Shown: positions 24,614 through 36,994, counted from the whole stretch's first letter. The stretch is 52,181 bases of DNA, filler included, from Sphacelaria rigidula (GCA_964200075.2; 3 parts of 3 records of this genome joined end to end with filler, not necessarily neighbours in it), one strand, 5' to 3'. Notes: a model not told the origin generated them from the sequence alone. A program made the numbers and translations.

Positions 24614-26509
24614 ATACTCTCCCAAATCTTCCGTTTTGTCGCCTGTTCCCCCGCGCAACGTAAAGAGTTGATGGGGGCCGCGGGCTATGGTGGACGTTTT
24701 TCGAGCATCCTCATTGCAGGAGCAGTTCGGCGTGGCTTTTTCGTGTGCGTTCCTTCGGGGAAGACTGGAGAGATGGGCAGGGGGATATGGACGCGGGGCT
24801 CGGAAGGAATTGTGAAGTGAAGGTTCGCAACTTCTTTCCGAACCGTCTCGTCCTGTCGTATTGTTCTCTTATCATCGCTCCTGGTCGCACCCCTGAGCTG
24901 CTCTTTGCTTGTGCGTGAGGGACTGAGGCGTATTGCCAATGGGGAAGGAAGTGGTGGGACAAAGGTTAATCACCTGCATCTTCGCCACTGCTAAAACGAA
25001 GGACGAAAAAGGACATCAGGACTCTATTCGACACTTGGCGGAAGTTGAATTCCGCGCTGACTGTCACATGCAGTACTCACGCTCGGCGTGTTGTGCACCC
25101 GTGATGCACATCGGCTGTCTTTCCCCCGTCGGGTAGACCGTATGCGCCTTGGCGTGCTTTTGAAACGAGTGACATGCTCTGCAGCTGAGATCAGCTTCCC
25201 ATCGATGGGCCGGGCGAGATTATCGGCAAACTGATGCCATGTACACTGACCCAGTAGAGTCCGCGCCATTTTCTCGCGCCGCGCTCGTCTGTCAGTCAAC
25301 CCTCAACGGGTACAAAAATACCTCGAAAACGTCGCGTACTTCGCTTTGTGCGTTACCTGTGGCCGTGGGTTCGATGAAGCACATATGATTGATGCCATAA
25401 TGAGGCAGGAGAGGGGACTGTTTTAGGCTATTCTACGAAATTCCATCTGGAATCTTCCTTGGAAGCAGCAACGTTTGATCGAATGCATTTCTATCGACAG
25501 GAGCATCTCAGCACATGATTTTTCATCGAAAATGTACAGTTGTCGTTGTTGTTGTTGTCTTCACATTAAAAGCCGTTCCGATATCTGCGCGGTACATTGG
25601 TACTGGGCATCTTATGCGGACGCCTTCCGTGGTCGAGAGGGAAAATTCAATCTTTCAAGTCGTGATTTTAACTTGTGTGTTTGAATATGAAGAAGGCTGA
25701 AAATGATGACTCTTCAGGTTGAAAAAATTGTCTTCAACCGCGCCTGCTCGGTCGAAGAAGATACCCACCCGTACCACCTCGAACTGTTCTCACCCAAACA
25801 CAGCGACTGGTGAGGTCGTTCAAACCCACTTGCACACCCCGGCTCTTGTGTGGGATGAAATACCGCCCACCCCATCTTCGGATCATGGGAAGACGGATAC
25901 CAATCAACGTCGTGATGTCCACGATTAGACGATCCGTAAAAGTCGCGAGACATCAGGCCGCATTTCCTTCGGTTTGTGGGTATAACGATCTCAGCGCAAA
26001 CGTTTCTCCATGCCCGAAGTCATCCTGATTTCACTATCTCCATGTCATGACAAATCGGGGACGGGGGCAACAGTAAGAGCGAGAGGTGCTCACCGTATAT
26101 CCCCTCCAAGATGACTGGGGGTACACCACGAACAACCATGGCAATCACCTAGGTCTCCCCTTGCGGTAAAGCATGCCTCGTAGTGATCGTCTCTAGATGC
26201 GACTGTCTACACTGGAACAAGGTGTGCCCGACCGTTAAATTCGATGTTTTCCCCGCCAGGATTGATACAAAATACCTGCTTTGGGTTGGGCTTGTAGATA
26301 GACTTTCCGACTGAATGGCAAATGATCGGGTCAATCTACAGTATTCGTAGTCAAGACTTTTGACCACGGTAACTTGTACACGAGCACAGCACAGGCGATG
26401 AACGAACGACACTCACAGCTGTACGCTGCGGAGATTCTCATCAGAAGCTAACAACCAGGCACAGCTGAAGGATCACGTGAAGGAGTTGTTTGGGGCATGT
26501 GCACCTCAA

Positions 26510-27329
26510 GGTCTACTTTTATGGCACCGCATCTTGTTTTGTACATATATGAGCATTTCAGTCTGTCTACAGGTGACTTTCTTCGGTGGATTAATCTTTC
26601 GAACCTCAGTCCTATGAGCAAACCAGGTCAGTTCTCCGATTTTCTGGACGATGACTTTATTGTTATTTCCTCACACCAGTCCGATCTCGCGAACCCGTGG
26701 CCACAGAGGTGGGCTTGCCTTTCCACAACCGTCTCTGCTATTCCTTATCCAAATGAAAAAAAATAAGAGGGACGCGACGGAAACCGGTGAGGAATATCTC
26801 CCCCGAGTTCAACGGGGAGAGAAGAGGAAGAGGGAAGAAAATGAAATCGGGAAATTTGAAAATCGGGGGGGATGCGGGAGTTTCTCGATTTGACACTTTT
26901 TACGATAGCCCCCCCCCCCAAAAGTGCATGGTTTGGGGAGGCAAAATGTTCACTTGAATCGAAATGGGAAAAGCCGAGTAAAACGAGAAGCTACTTAATC
27001 CCACGGTTGGGTTCGTTTTAGTCAATATTGCCAATATGAGGCGCTTCGTGCAGCCTGAACCCGAACATCAGGCGCTGTATGATCATTTTTTTCGTGACAC
27101 TTTCAGCTGGTTTTGGCGGGGGGCTATCGTAGAAAGTGCCATTTTCGCTCAAAGTTAACGCCCAGAAAATTGGAGAATTGATCTTGTTTGCTCACAGCCA
27201 GCCAAAAACATTGCCCAACGGACTGGGGTTTGAAAAAATAATCCACGGGAGAAAATCGCCTGTAGGCGTGCTGAAATCCTCATATTTCATATTTGTACAA
27301 GTCGATATTCGCTGCTATAAAAGTGGGTC
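26510..27329. mobile_element. Degenerate fold-back MITE family B copy interrupted by MITE A
   Basis: ggtctacttttatggca... left arm and ...gctataaaagtgggtc right arm; flanks caa/taa; family A element inserted at 26892-27140. Confidence 0.7.
26892..27140. mobile_element. MITE family A copy 1 (~250 bp, 4-bp TSD ATTT), nested in a fold-back element
   Basis: TIR gacactttttacgatagccccc / gggggctatcgtagaaagtgcc; attt on both flanks; internal sequence shared with copies at 40689 and 50337. Confidence 0.85.
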
Positions 27330-28416
27330 TAAAATAGGGGGGGAACCCACCCAGCCCTCTGTCTCCTAGTTTATTGCCGAGGCGTCGGCAGATGCGGTCA
27401 GCTGCCGTGTACAGAGACACTTGGCACCGCTGAGATGACGGACACACCGCCCCTGCAAGCTCATCACCTGCCATGATAACATGTATGGGATTATGTTCTG
27501 TGTCGTGTGCCACGAGTACCCACTAGTCCAGGTAAATTTGACGAGGCGTGAGATAACGTTGCAACATTGGCTGTACAGGCTGTCGCTGCCGTGCGCTCGT
27601 GTCCTGTACATGATCGATGTGTGTGAGCGTTGCCGGCATTCGAGATCATCGGGACAGGGCGGGAAAGGAGCAGGAGCAAATATACGAACCTCTCAAAGCC
27701 CGGCAGACTTTTCGGTTTTTACCTGTGTTTGTTGATTTCTTTCAACAACACCTATTATAGCGATGAAGTTTTGGAAAACGCTTCTTGTCATCTCAAAATG
27801 CGAAAAATTCAGGATCACTCAGAGTACAGAATGAAGAAAAACACCTCATCGAAAAAAGGCCAACGGCATACCACACTTGACGGATGAGGGGAAATAATTT
27901 TTCGTTACACTCTGATCCTGAGGTGTTTGCAATCTGCAATGATGAAAAAGTGCTTTCTCAAGAAAAAAAATGGGGAAAATCACATGAAAAAATCAGAAAC
28001 ATGAGTACAATTTTCGAAAACTTGCCCTCCGGGAGGGGTGAAGGGGGGAGGGGGGGGTCCGTGTCCGATTTTTTTTCTCGACAGACCCTTGGCTCAGCCT
28101 GAGTTTCTCATCTGGTGCAATTGTCTACTGTATTGTATTGTGTATGGCGCTTATCCATGGGACCGAACGCGTTCTGAGTGTTCGGGAAATCTCAGTCTGA
28201 TTCTCCTACAACCTCGTATATCACGAGCAGGCCACTGCTGTCCTCTCATTGAAGGCTACAAATCTTGGTACATTTTTTTTCCCCAACCTTCTTGAGTAGC
28301 GGGTCTGAGCCGTCATTCAGTAAGCTAAATTCGATCTTCTGTACGCCGAGCCACATTGCCACAGTAACAGGTTACGGTACGGCAACCGCGTGAACCTGCG
28401 CTCCCTAGTGCCGACA

Positions 28417-31400
28417 ATGCTCGATGCCATCCAAAGCGCATTAGACTTTGAAGGTTATCGTAATCCTCAGTTCAGTCGCAAGGATGGGCTGGGGCGGGTG
28501 GGCGTAGCTGGGTTCGTGACGGGATTGGTGTTCGGGGTCCACCTGTCCATCCTGGGCTGCTGTCTTGCGATCAATGGACTGGTACTGTCAAAGCTGGTGA
28601 GGGTTGTTGATACCATATCTATATTAACTGTACACAGTATACATTTGACGTCGGGTGCTGTATCTACGGTGGGAACCACAGCTATAGTCGGGATGAGCAT
28701 GTTCCAATGTATCTTTCATGTCTTCGATGGAAGGATGGGATGTATGTACTAATTTAGTCATGACTGTGACGATACCCCCATCCTAATCTACTCTCGCTGT
28801 CCGTGGCTCATGTATCGGGTCGCTTCTCGTTCTCGTGCTACGAATACGAGCCGGGTTCAAAAAGTTAAAGTTCTTCTGTTTCTGGTGGTTTTTCAGACTG
28901 ATTTTTCAACCACCGTTTCTCGTGGGATGCGTGGTCCGACAAAATATGTATGAGGAATGAGATTTTTCCTCAATAAAGCCATTTCTCCCGGGCATTTCTT
29001 TGATGAACGCCATTTTTCGATCTGTACTAGAGTTGAGAGTTACTTGAGAAAACTTTACAGCCGAACACGCCTTCGCATGCACGCAGCGGGTGAGGGATAC
29101 CGCTGTTTCCTGCCACCTCTGCGTCACTTCGCAGGTACAGTACAGTTCATGATTTTTGAGGGTGCTCAATGCTTCACCCTTTGACCGCGAGGGTAGGTCA
29201 CTTGCTGAATCGGCATCAATTTTACTTGAAAAGTATGCGTGATCCAGGTGGACTAACCGCAATGCTGTTCTGAACCCCATGTGTGGCATGGTCCATTTGG
29301 GTCCCCCATCTGAAGGGGTTCGCGGTCAAAGAGTCAAGATAGGGTCGAAGACCTTCGATAAGAGACTTGACTATTATACCTTGTGTCAAATACTCCTACA
29401 AAACTACCACGTAGGATATCATCCGCTGGAGGTGTGCGCCGCTCCCTATAGACTGAAAAAATTCACTGAAAAATGTAGCGTTCAGTTTGAAAGCGGTGTT
29501 TGCGGAGGCATTTACGAATTCTGACAATGTGGGACGGACGGACGTACAGAAAAACGGTACGTTGCCTGTCCTTGTTTCCCAGCTGCAGTGCCGCTGCCAG
29601 TAAAAAAGTTGGCCATCGCAGGTAGGTTGCCGCACACACGAGTACAGACACCATCACCAGCAACAAGTAGCATTCATCTAGCAGCGGCCGACTGGTATAA
29701 GCAGCACAAGTAGGGAGAAGTAGGCACGAACTAGCGCGCTTCGCAGAGGATCGATCGACCTTCCCACCCGCCGCCCCGTCGCTCAAGAAAGGGTGGAACC
29801 AGGGTGCAAAAAGTGGATAGGTGACTGTGCGGAGTAGCTTTACCGTAACAGTAGGGGGAGATGTGGATAGCTCCGCAGGGGATAGTAATAACATGATCGT
29901 CAGCGTCGATTTTCGGGTTAGCCTGATTATTAGTATGTAGTGGTTGATGAGTTGATGAGGACAAAAATGCACCGAGTGCATACCGCATTGAGTTCGATTT
30001 GTTTTGGTTGCAGGTATTTTGATTTGCGGTAATTCTAGTGGGACACTGCCGCACGTAGAAACGGGACAACACATAATACCAGAATTCTTGAGCCGAAGCA
30101 AACAGTCGTTTTCAGAGCGCGACGTTATTACACCGTCTTTTATGGCAGTCACCATTGTTAATTTTTCGAGCATCGGGGAACGCATTTTATGGAAATCGAT
30201 TTGGACCAAGTCGGGGCCGAAAAGATCGGGGAGTCACGACCTCGGCACGGTTTTCCTCGATTTAAAAAAAAAAACGGGGAAAATCGCTCCTAGATCGTGA
30301 TACCACTTTGTATGGCAACTAATCCATATTTGTACAAATATTACGATTCCAGTCCGTATAAATCCGATTTTCTCCCATGGATCGATTCTTCGGACCACAG
30401 TCCGTTGGGCATTGTTTTTCGCCTAGCTCTGAGGAAACCAGATCAATTCTCCGATTCTCTGGGCGCTGACTTTTGGTTCATCATTCTTCTGCTCAGATCG
30501 GAAAACTCCCGTGTCTCCCCCAATTTGGCCCCAGATTCGGGGGAGATGCGGCAGTATGCCGATCTGAGCAGAATGGTGATGACACAAAAGTCGGCGCCCA
30601 GAGGATCGGAGAATTGATTTGGTTTCCTCACAGCTGGGCGAAAAACAATGCCCAACGGACTGTGGTCCGAAGAATCGATCCACGGGAGAAAATCGGATTT
30701 GTACGGACTGGAATCGCAATATTTGTACAAACATGGATTGGTTGCCATACAAAGTGGTCTGACACCCCCCGATTTTTTTGAGGTGACGTACGTGCATTGA
30801 CGTACAATGATGGGGTACGAGGCGTTTGATATTTTTCCAACAGCAGCAGAAGAGTCTCGTGACAGCGCGCAGGGCGTGCCTGCCCGCCCCAGCTGCTGGA
30901 GTAGCTTCGCGCGGAGTTTGACAAGCGGAAAATAAGTGCTGACGCCGTACCCTGCGGCGATGGTAATATTTTATGCTGCGCTGCGCTGCCATATGTATCA
31001 CTAAAATGAACGCTACTGTACTTTCCTGGTCTATTTTCGCTGTACTTGAGGGGTGAGATATGGCACTGCACTACTGAACTCTGCTCGCGCACTGTTTGTT
31101 CACTGTTATCGCAATACTGACTGTGCCATCATGTACCACCACACGGTATTATCGTGTACTGTACCGATGGAATGTCCTGCACTGTATTACCCTTAGGAAC
31201 CAAGGTACGACACTGTTCTCGAAGGATTAGTTAACGCCTGCCTGCCCTTCGGCTTCATGTACGAGTACGCAGCACCACACTCATGCAGAAAATTACCGTC
31301 TTTGTACAGACCTGTTTCACAAATCTGTGATACTGTTCGTCTGCACCATAAAACCAAGCTTGTGTTCTGTAGGGTACGGTTTTCTGTATTCCCGGGGTAT

Positions 31401-32408
31401 TTTGCCGGGTATTTGCTATACCCGACAGTTCTGTGACTTCTCTGTAAGATTACCGTACCGTTACCGCTTTTGATAGATACCTGATTGCGGGTACGATTTT
31501 CTGTGCAACCTTCATACCCTACCCGACAGTTTCTGTGAGTACTGTAAGCCTCCCATACCTGTACCCGGAGCGCGGGTATGCTCTTGAAAAAATACTCTAT
31601 TGCCGGTACCGGTTTTCTGTAACCCTCCCATACCGTACCCGACAAATTCTGTAATTTCTGTGTAAGACTTTCATCCAGTACCGGTACCCGACAGTTCTGT
31701 GAGCTCTGTAAGCCTCCCATACCCCTACCCGGGGATAGGGTATACCGCTATTGACATACCCGGTTGTAGGTATGAGTACAGGTATATATATTTATACCTT
31801 GGTGGAGGCACGAATACAGGTTCAGTCCAAACACAACCTGATGACCTGAACATGTACCTCCCATCGATCAACCCACCCAACTCCTCCATTCAAAACTGCA
31901 CACCAACAATAACAAAGTGCTGAAAAGTTTTTTCGTTTGGAATCTGACGGGATACGAGGTACCGCTGAGGGGAAACACGAAACATGAGCAGCCCTGCAGA
32001 CCGTCAGGATGGATCACCCCCAGACTCGAGTGGTGGCTTGAGCGGGGGCGGTTCATCTGCGCCCCCAGAGGATAAAGCAGCAAGACGCACGTCATCGACC
32101 TTGATGGTGGTTTTGTCGTGGCCTTTAAACCCCAGGCCGCCATCGACATGTACAGCACGGAGTATGAACTGCCACCGAAAGTCGTCAAGGCCGTCGGTGA
32201 TTTGTCGCATGCCGAAGGGCTTCTATAGAACAAGCAGCGGTGAAAGTTCCTTCATGACCTCCCTGGTAGTGTACGAGAAGCCGCTGCAAGGCACTGAAAC
32301 TTTGCTCATAGGTTGCGCGAACCACAGTCAACAGTTCCACGTTGCTATATCTGGTATTCTGTGCTGCAGGACTGCGCACTAGAGGGAAAAGTGGTCAGAT
32401 TATGTTCC

Positions 32409-32443
<35 letters not shown>

Positions 32444-33692
32444 GCGCAACACTGGTATCGGGAGAGCGACCGGTTGATCCCTTGGCACCACGACCTCGTC
32501 CCGAGGAAATTGAAACCGTTCGAAGTATGACGGAGCTATATATATATATAAATATATATATAGAGAGAGAGAGGGAGATTTTGAGAATGGCATCGAATAT
32601 TGCAGTTACCTACTCGCGCGTACACGAAAATGTGCCCTACCCTTGACGCGTCTACCTTTTTTTCGCCGTTGCGCGTGTGGGCTGCTTGCTACTTCTGCCG
32701 GAAAGCAGCTCCAGTGGAGTCTGTACGCGTGTTCGGTGTCGTTCTTTCACTCCTCAGAGTTTTTCGTCACCGCCGTTTTCAAGCCGGACGTCGTCTCTTA
32801 TAACTGTGAGCTCCCCGCGTGTGTCAATGTATGTAATATGTATGTATAATGTACCATGCATTATGTATTGTGTATTGTGTATAGTACCCCAACTTCAAAG
32901 TAGCACGGGTTGTTTTGGCGTCTTTCTCGCGTACTACTCTTCCATGTAACTCGAAAGTGCTAGCGTCGGTATCTTCTGGTGTCATAAACGGATCGTCCTG
33001 AATACACAAGGCCCAAGATAGTGTTGGTTGGTGTTATCGGGCGATACGAGTAGATACCCCGTTCATCAGGAGGGTGTTATTGATGTCAAGAGATCGAAAA
33101 TACCGGCGAGGGTCTGTGCTGTGTCGTTTACATTCATTTACTCGGCGCGATGACTGGTTCTCGTGATGCTCTGCTTCGCCTTTGCCACGGGACGCTATAC
33201 ATGCACACTCACTACTTCAGGAATTCCACGGTAGCGGGACTACGTGCTCTGTGTGTCGCGTGCACTCCGCTCAATCTTGTTGGCTTCAATCTGTTGCACA
33301 CACGTTCAAGTATTTTCTATACCCGGGTTCACGAGGTGTTGCGACCGACTCACCTGTGCACTGCGCCTCCACTTCTTTCCCCGCTTTGAAAACAGAGGCG
33401 TAAATGCATGTAAGGCTTCCTTCTCCCCCTCGCCCCTCCTATTCTAACGATCGAAGTATGACATTTTTACCCTGTTGCTACAGCATTTGTGCTGAACCAC
33501 AGCAAGGAGTACACAGCTGCCCTCCTAGCCAGCTGGTTCGAGTTCTGCCTGGAGGCTTATCTGTTCCCCGTCTCGAAGACCCAGCCGGCGGTCGTGGCGG
33601 CTGGCGCTCTCCTCGTCGTGATGGGACACTTTTTTCGAGTGGGGGCTATGTGGACGGCTGGCTCCAACTTCAACCACGAGATCATGCAGAGG
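28417..33692 (+). CDS. ICMT: Protein-S-isoprenylcysteine O-methyltransferase (ICMT/STE14), 5' part only; 3' exons not found (assembly gap at 34760)
   Basis: Exons 28417-28596 (alternative in-frame donor at 28581), 32709-32805, 33484-33692, with consistent phases. The translation LQWSLYACSVSFFHSSEFFVTAVFKPDVVSYNSFVLNHSKEYTAALLASWFEF...GHFFRVGAMWTAGSNFNHEIMQ matches the ICMT motifs FFHxSE, SFxLNHSxEY and AMxTAGxNFNH. The C-terminal RHPxY and RIxxEE motifs were not found in the window. Confidence 0.88.
30301..30759. mobile_element. Fold-back (near fully palindromic) MITE family B, TSD TGA, PIF/Harbinger (Tourist)-like
   Basis: The left arm accactttgtatggcaactaatccatatttgtacaaata... is the reverse complement of the right arm ...tatttgtacaaacatggattggttgccatacaaagtggt over ~200 bp. 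tga lies on both flanks. Confidence 0.8.
31360..31780 (-). repeat. Dispersed repeat family C, copy 2 (inverted relative to copy 1)
   Basis: Repeated tacccgacagttctgtgag, cccatacccg and accggtacc subunits; begins tgtgttctgtagggtacggttttctgtattcccgggg. Confidence 0.65.
32411..32572. repeat. Two (TA)n microsatellites, the second followed by (GA)n
   Basis: ta runs at ~32411-32440 and ~32537-32562, then gagagagaga. Confidence 0.85.
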
Positions 33693-33773
33693 GTGAGGGA
33701 GGGACGCGTGGCTGGGGTGGGGGCGGAGTAGGGTGTTTGTATTCCACACTTGTTTGTGCTGCTTTTACTTTCA

Positions 33774-34232
33774 GGCCCACTTTTATGGCAGCGAATCTCG
33801 ATTTGTACAAATATGAAGATTTCAGCCCGTCTCCAGGCGATTTCCTCCTGTGGATTGATTTTTCGGACCCTAGTCCGTTGGGCGATGTTTTTCAGCTAGC
33901 GGTGAGCAAACAAGATCAATCCTCCAATTTTCTGGACGTTGACTTTGGGTCGACCACTTTTCTGGCCAAATCGGGACACTTCCGCATCTCCCCCGATTTT
34001 TTTGAAAAAGTCGGGGGAGATGGGGGAGTGTCCCGATTTGGCCAGAACGCTCATGTATCGAAAGTCAACGCCCAGAATATCGGAAAATTGATCTGGTTTG
34101 CTCGTAGCTAGCCGAAAAACGTTGTCCAACGGACTGGGGTCCGCAAAATCAATCCACGGAGGAAATCGCCTGGAGACGGGCTGAAATCCTCATATTTATA
34201 CAAATCGAGATTCGTTGCCATAAATGTGGGTC
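33774..34232. mobile_element. Fold-back MITE family B copy in the ICMT intron downstream of exon 3
   Basis: ggcccacttttatggcagcgaatctcgatttgtacaaatatg... / ...catatttatacaaatcgagattcgttgccataaatgtgggtc. The arms pair over ~200 bp, and the element is related to 30301-30759. Confidence 0.8.
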
Positions 34233-34259
34233 TTGATTGATTATCTCACATGAGCTGAT

Positions 34260-34655
34260 TGCAACAATCCAGCCCGTGGTCAGGAGAAGCAAAAATAGAA
34301 CAGAAAAATAAAAATACAAAAAACAAAGAAAGGAACAGAAAAACGACAGAAGCAGCGGCCTCAGGAAGGAAAGAAAGGGGGCAGCGATAACAACAAAAAA
34401 CACCAACAACAACAAACAACAACAGCAGTAACAGCAAAATAACGACAAACACAAACACAAACACAAGCACGAACAAAGACAAAAATATGATGATCACGCA
34501 TTACGTAGCTGATTGCAACACTCCAGGTCGTTATCAGAAACAAAAAGGACGAACATGAAAAAAAATCAAAGAAAAATCAAAGAAACATAAAAGAAGGGAA
34601 GATAAAAATCAAATAGTAGAACGTAAAAAAAAGGAATACAAAAGACAAGAAGACA
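34260..34655 (+). repeat. A-rich low-complexity tract with a ~35-bp direct repeat
   Basis: AAC/AAAG-rich; agctgattgcaaca.tccag..cgt..tcag occurs at ~34253 and ~34507. Confidence 0.7.
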
Positions 34656-34759
34656 GAGCCAGGCTCGTTCCGGCGGCGGGGGGTGAGGGGGGGCGTACTC
34701 ATTTGTTGCTTGCCTTAAGTCATTTGACCATTGACCACGCATCCCTTTCGAGACGGAGC

Positions 34760-34859
34760 NNNNNNNNNNNNNNNNNNNNNNNNNNNNNNNNNNNNNNNNN
34801 NNNTTAATTAATTAANNNNNNNNNNNNNNNNNNNNNNNNNNNNNNNNNNNNNNNNNNNN
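34760..34859. other. Artificial 100-nt contig linker (N44-TTAATTAATTAA-N44)
   Basis: Same linker; it truncates the ICMT gene model. Confidence 0.97.
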
Positions 34860-35266
34860 GTGCAATGTAGGGATGGGACTTCAACCTCATATTTTGTTTC
34901 AACCCCAAAAATTAGGATCGGCTGTTTTATCTTATCACGCCAAGTTTGTGCTGTAAGCACAGACGTGGAGATACACACGTAGCCAATGTGTGGGATTTCT
35001 ACCCAGCGAAAGCTGTTGAGAAATATTCATCCTTTGTGGCTATAGGATGAGTTGCTGTCAACAACTTTCGTTGCGTGTATGATCCCATACGCTGGTACCG
35101 TACAGTATGCGGGATATGCACAGCTGACGCTGCTTGCAATAAATCTCTTTTCCCCCAATTTCCGAATGAAATTGGAGGGCAAAGTGAACATTTATTTTGA
35201 GCTTCTCCTGCTGTTCTAATTCCAAATTTGCCAGTGTGCATGGGATTTGCGCAGCAGAATAAGCTG

Positions 35267-35566
35267 GTCGAAATAGATCCTTTTCCCCCCCAATTCATAT
35301 GGGCGAAAAAAGGATCTATCTTGAATAGGTTCTTCTGCTGTTCAAAATAGATCCTTTTTTTGCCCAAATACAATGGGCGAAGAAAGGATCTAGTTTGAAC
35401 AGGTTCTTCTGCTGTTCGAAATAGATCCTTTTTTTGCTCAAATACAATGGGCGAAAAAAGGATCTATCTTGAATAGCTTCTCCTGCTGTCTGAGATAAAT
35501 TCTTCTTTGCCCGATTTGAAACGGGCAAAAAGAGGATTTATCTCGGACAGCAGGAGAAGCTATTCA
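35267..35566. repeat. Tandem array of 74-bp units, each an imperfect palindrome (hairpin)
   Basis: Units at 35267-35340, 35341-35414, 35415-35488 and a diverged fourth at 35489-35547. Example unit: ttcaaaatagatcctttttttgccca-aatacaa-tgggcgaagaaaggatctagtttgaa plus linker caggttcttctgctg. Confidence 0.9.
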
Positions 35567-36994
35567 TATATATATATATATATGTACAGATTTTATACCA
35601 AAATAATTTGGAATTTTTGAAATTGGGAAGGCCTCTCCACAGGGTTGCTTGCAGGGTTTCGACAAAAACGCTATGCAAAATGCTATTACAGGTACTAGGG
35701 TTTGCAAATGCTGCACAGGGGCTTTCACAGAGACTGTGGAGAACCCTGTGCAGCTCGTACTACAGGGTGCTATTTGTCCACCTGTGCAGTTTCTCGAGCG
35801 ATTGGTAATCGCCGAGCGAGGACACACAAAGGACACGGGCGAGGAGCTTCCTCTCTGTCGTTGCTTCTCTCTCTGGTGATATCGCCATCGACACGCGTGT
35901 ACACCGCATTCATTGGGCGCACCTTGCCCGAACTGCCCAACTCCTCCTGCGGAGTATTGTGGGAAAATACCTTCCTTTCGTGTTACTGTTTGGTATTTTC
36001 CCAACGGAAGCGATTTGCGGGTTGAACCTCATTTTATAGTTCAACCCCAAAAATTAGGATCGGCTGTTATGATCAGTAGACGTGAAATGAAGAAGTAGTC
36101 GGGTGACAAAGGAAAATGATCATTTGCCATTTGATTCACCCAACACCATAAGTTCCCTATGAACTTGCTTCAACCTACCACGAGGTAAACTCTACTGTGG
36201 GACAAACCCACCTCGGGCCTATTCAAATGGTAAAGGCCCCGGGACGGGACGGGCACACCTAATCTTCTATCGATACTTACACAGACGCCTTTTCTCCTTT
36301 GCAGCATGGGAGCTCATGGGAACCCACCTTCTGTGCGAGGTGTATGCGGACGAGAGCCGATATTCCCTCCAGCGCTGTGCGGCCGTTCCCTTGCATGACC
36401 AGCGTTTGACATTGCACACAGAATCAAGATTTTACAAGCTAACCAATTTGCGAGTATTTTCGAAAAAAATACGAGTCCAGAGACCTGCAGCAACAACACG
36501 CCCTTAAAACTCCATCAGTTATACCTCAAGCATTGGTCATCTGTTGGAATCAGCATCGTTTTCACTTGAAAAATGAATGCAAGACCACATCGCCTACCGT
36601 CGCGGTCAACGGATCAAGGAAGGTCACAATGGGCTGTGATAAATCGAACATCGCCGCGTCTTCCACAGGCAGTAGCCCGGGCCAAGCGTAACCCACAGGG
36701 CAGGTTACCACATGCGGCCGCTCCCACAGCAAAAAATGCGGCCTAATCGGGGACGCTTCAACGCGGGTTCCACCGCAACGAGCGAGGTTTCTCCGCAAAA
36801 GGCCGTGATCCACGCAGCACTCAGCTCCCGAGAACACCGACGCTGTCAGCGACGCTCCGCGGCGCTCATCGTACAAAGTTCCACCGCACTCCCAGGTTGA
36901 TTCTGACTCCTGTGTTCATCTCTGAAAGTGGAAACCAAACAAGGTGGGCTTTATTCCCGGCATTGTGTGCTGTTGTCCATCAAGGTTTTTGGAC

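Noticed and set aside
35267..35566. CRISPR-like regular repeat array
   Set aside because: The units are wholly repeated with no unique spacers, there are no cas genes, and the context is eukaryotic.
36305..36507. Acceptor-like site and ORF (WELMGTHLL / GNPPSV) as the missing ICMT 3' exon
   Set aside because: No frame gives the RHPxY, RIxxEE or terminal GIPF motifs, and it lies across an artificial contig join.
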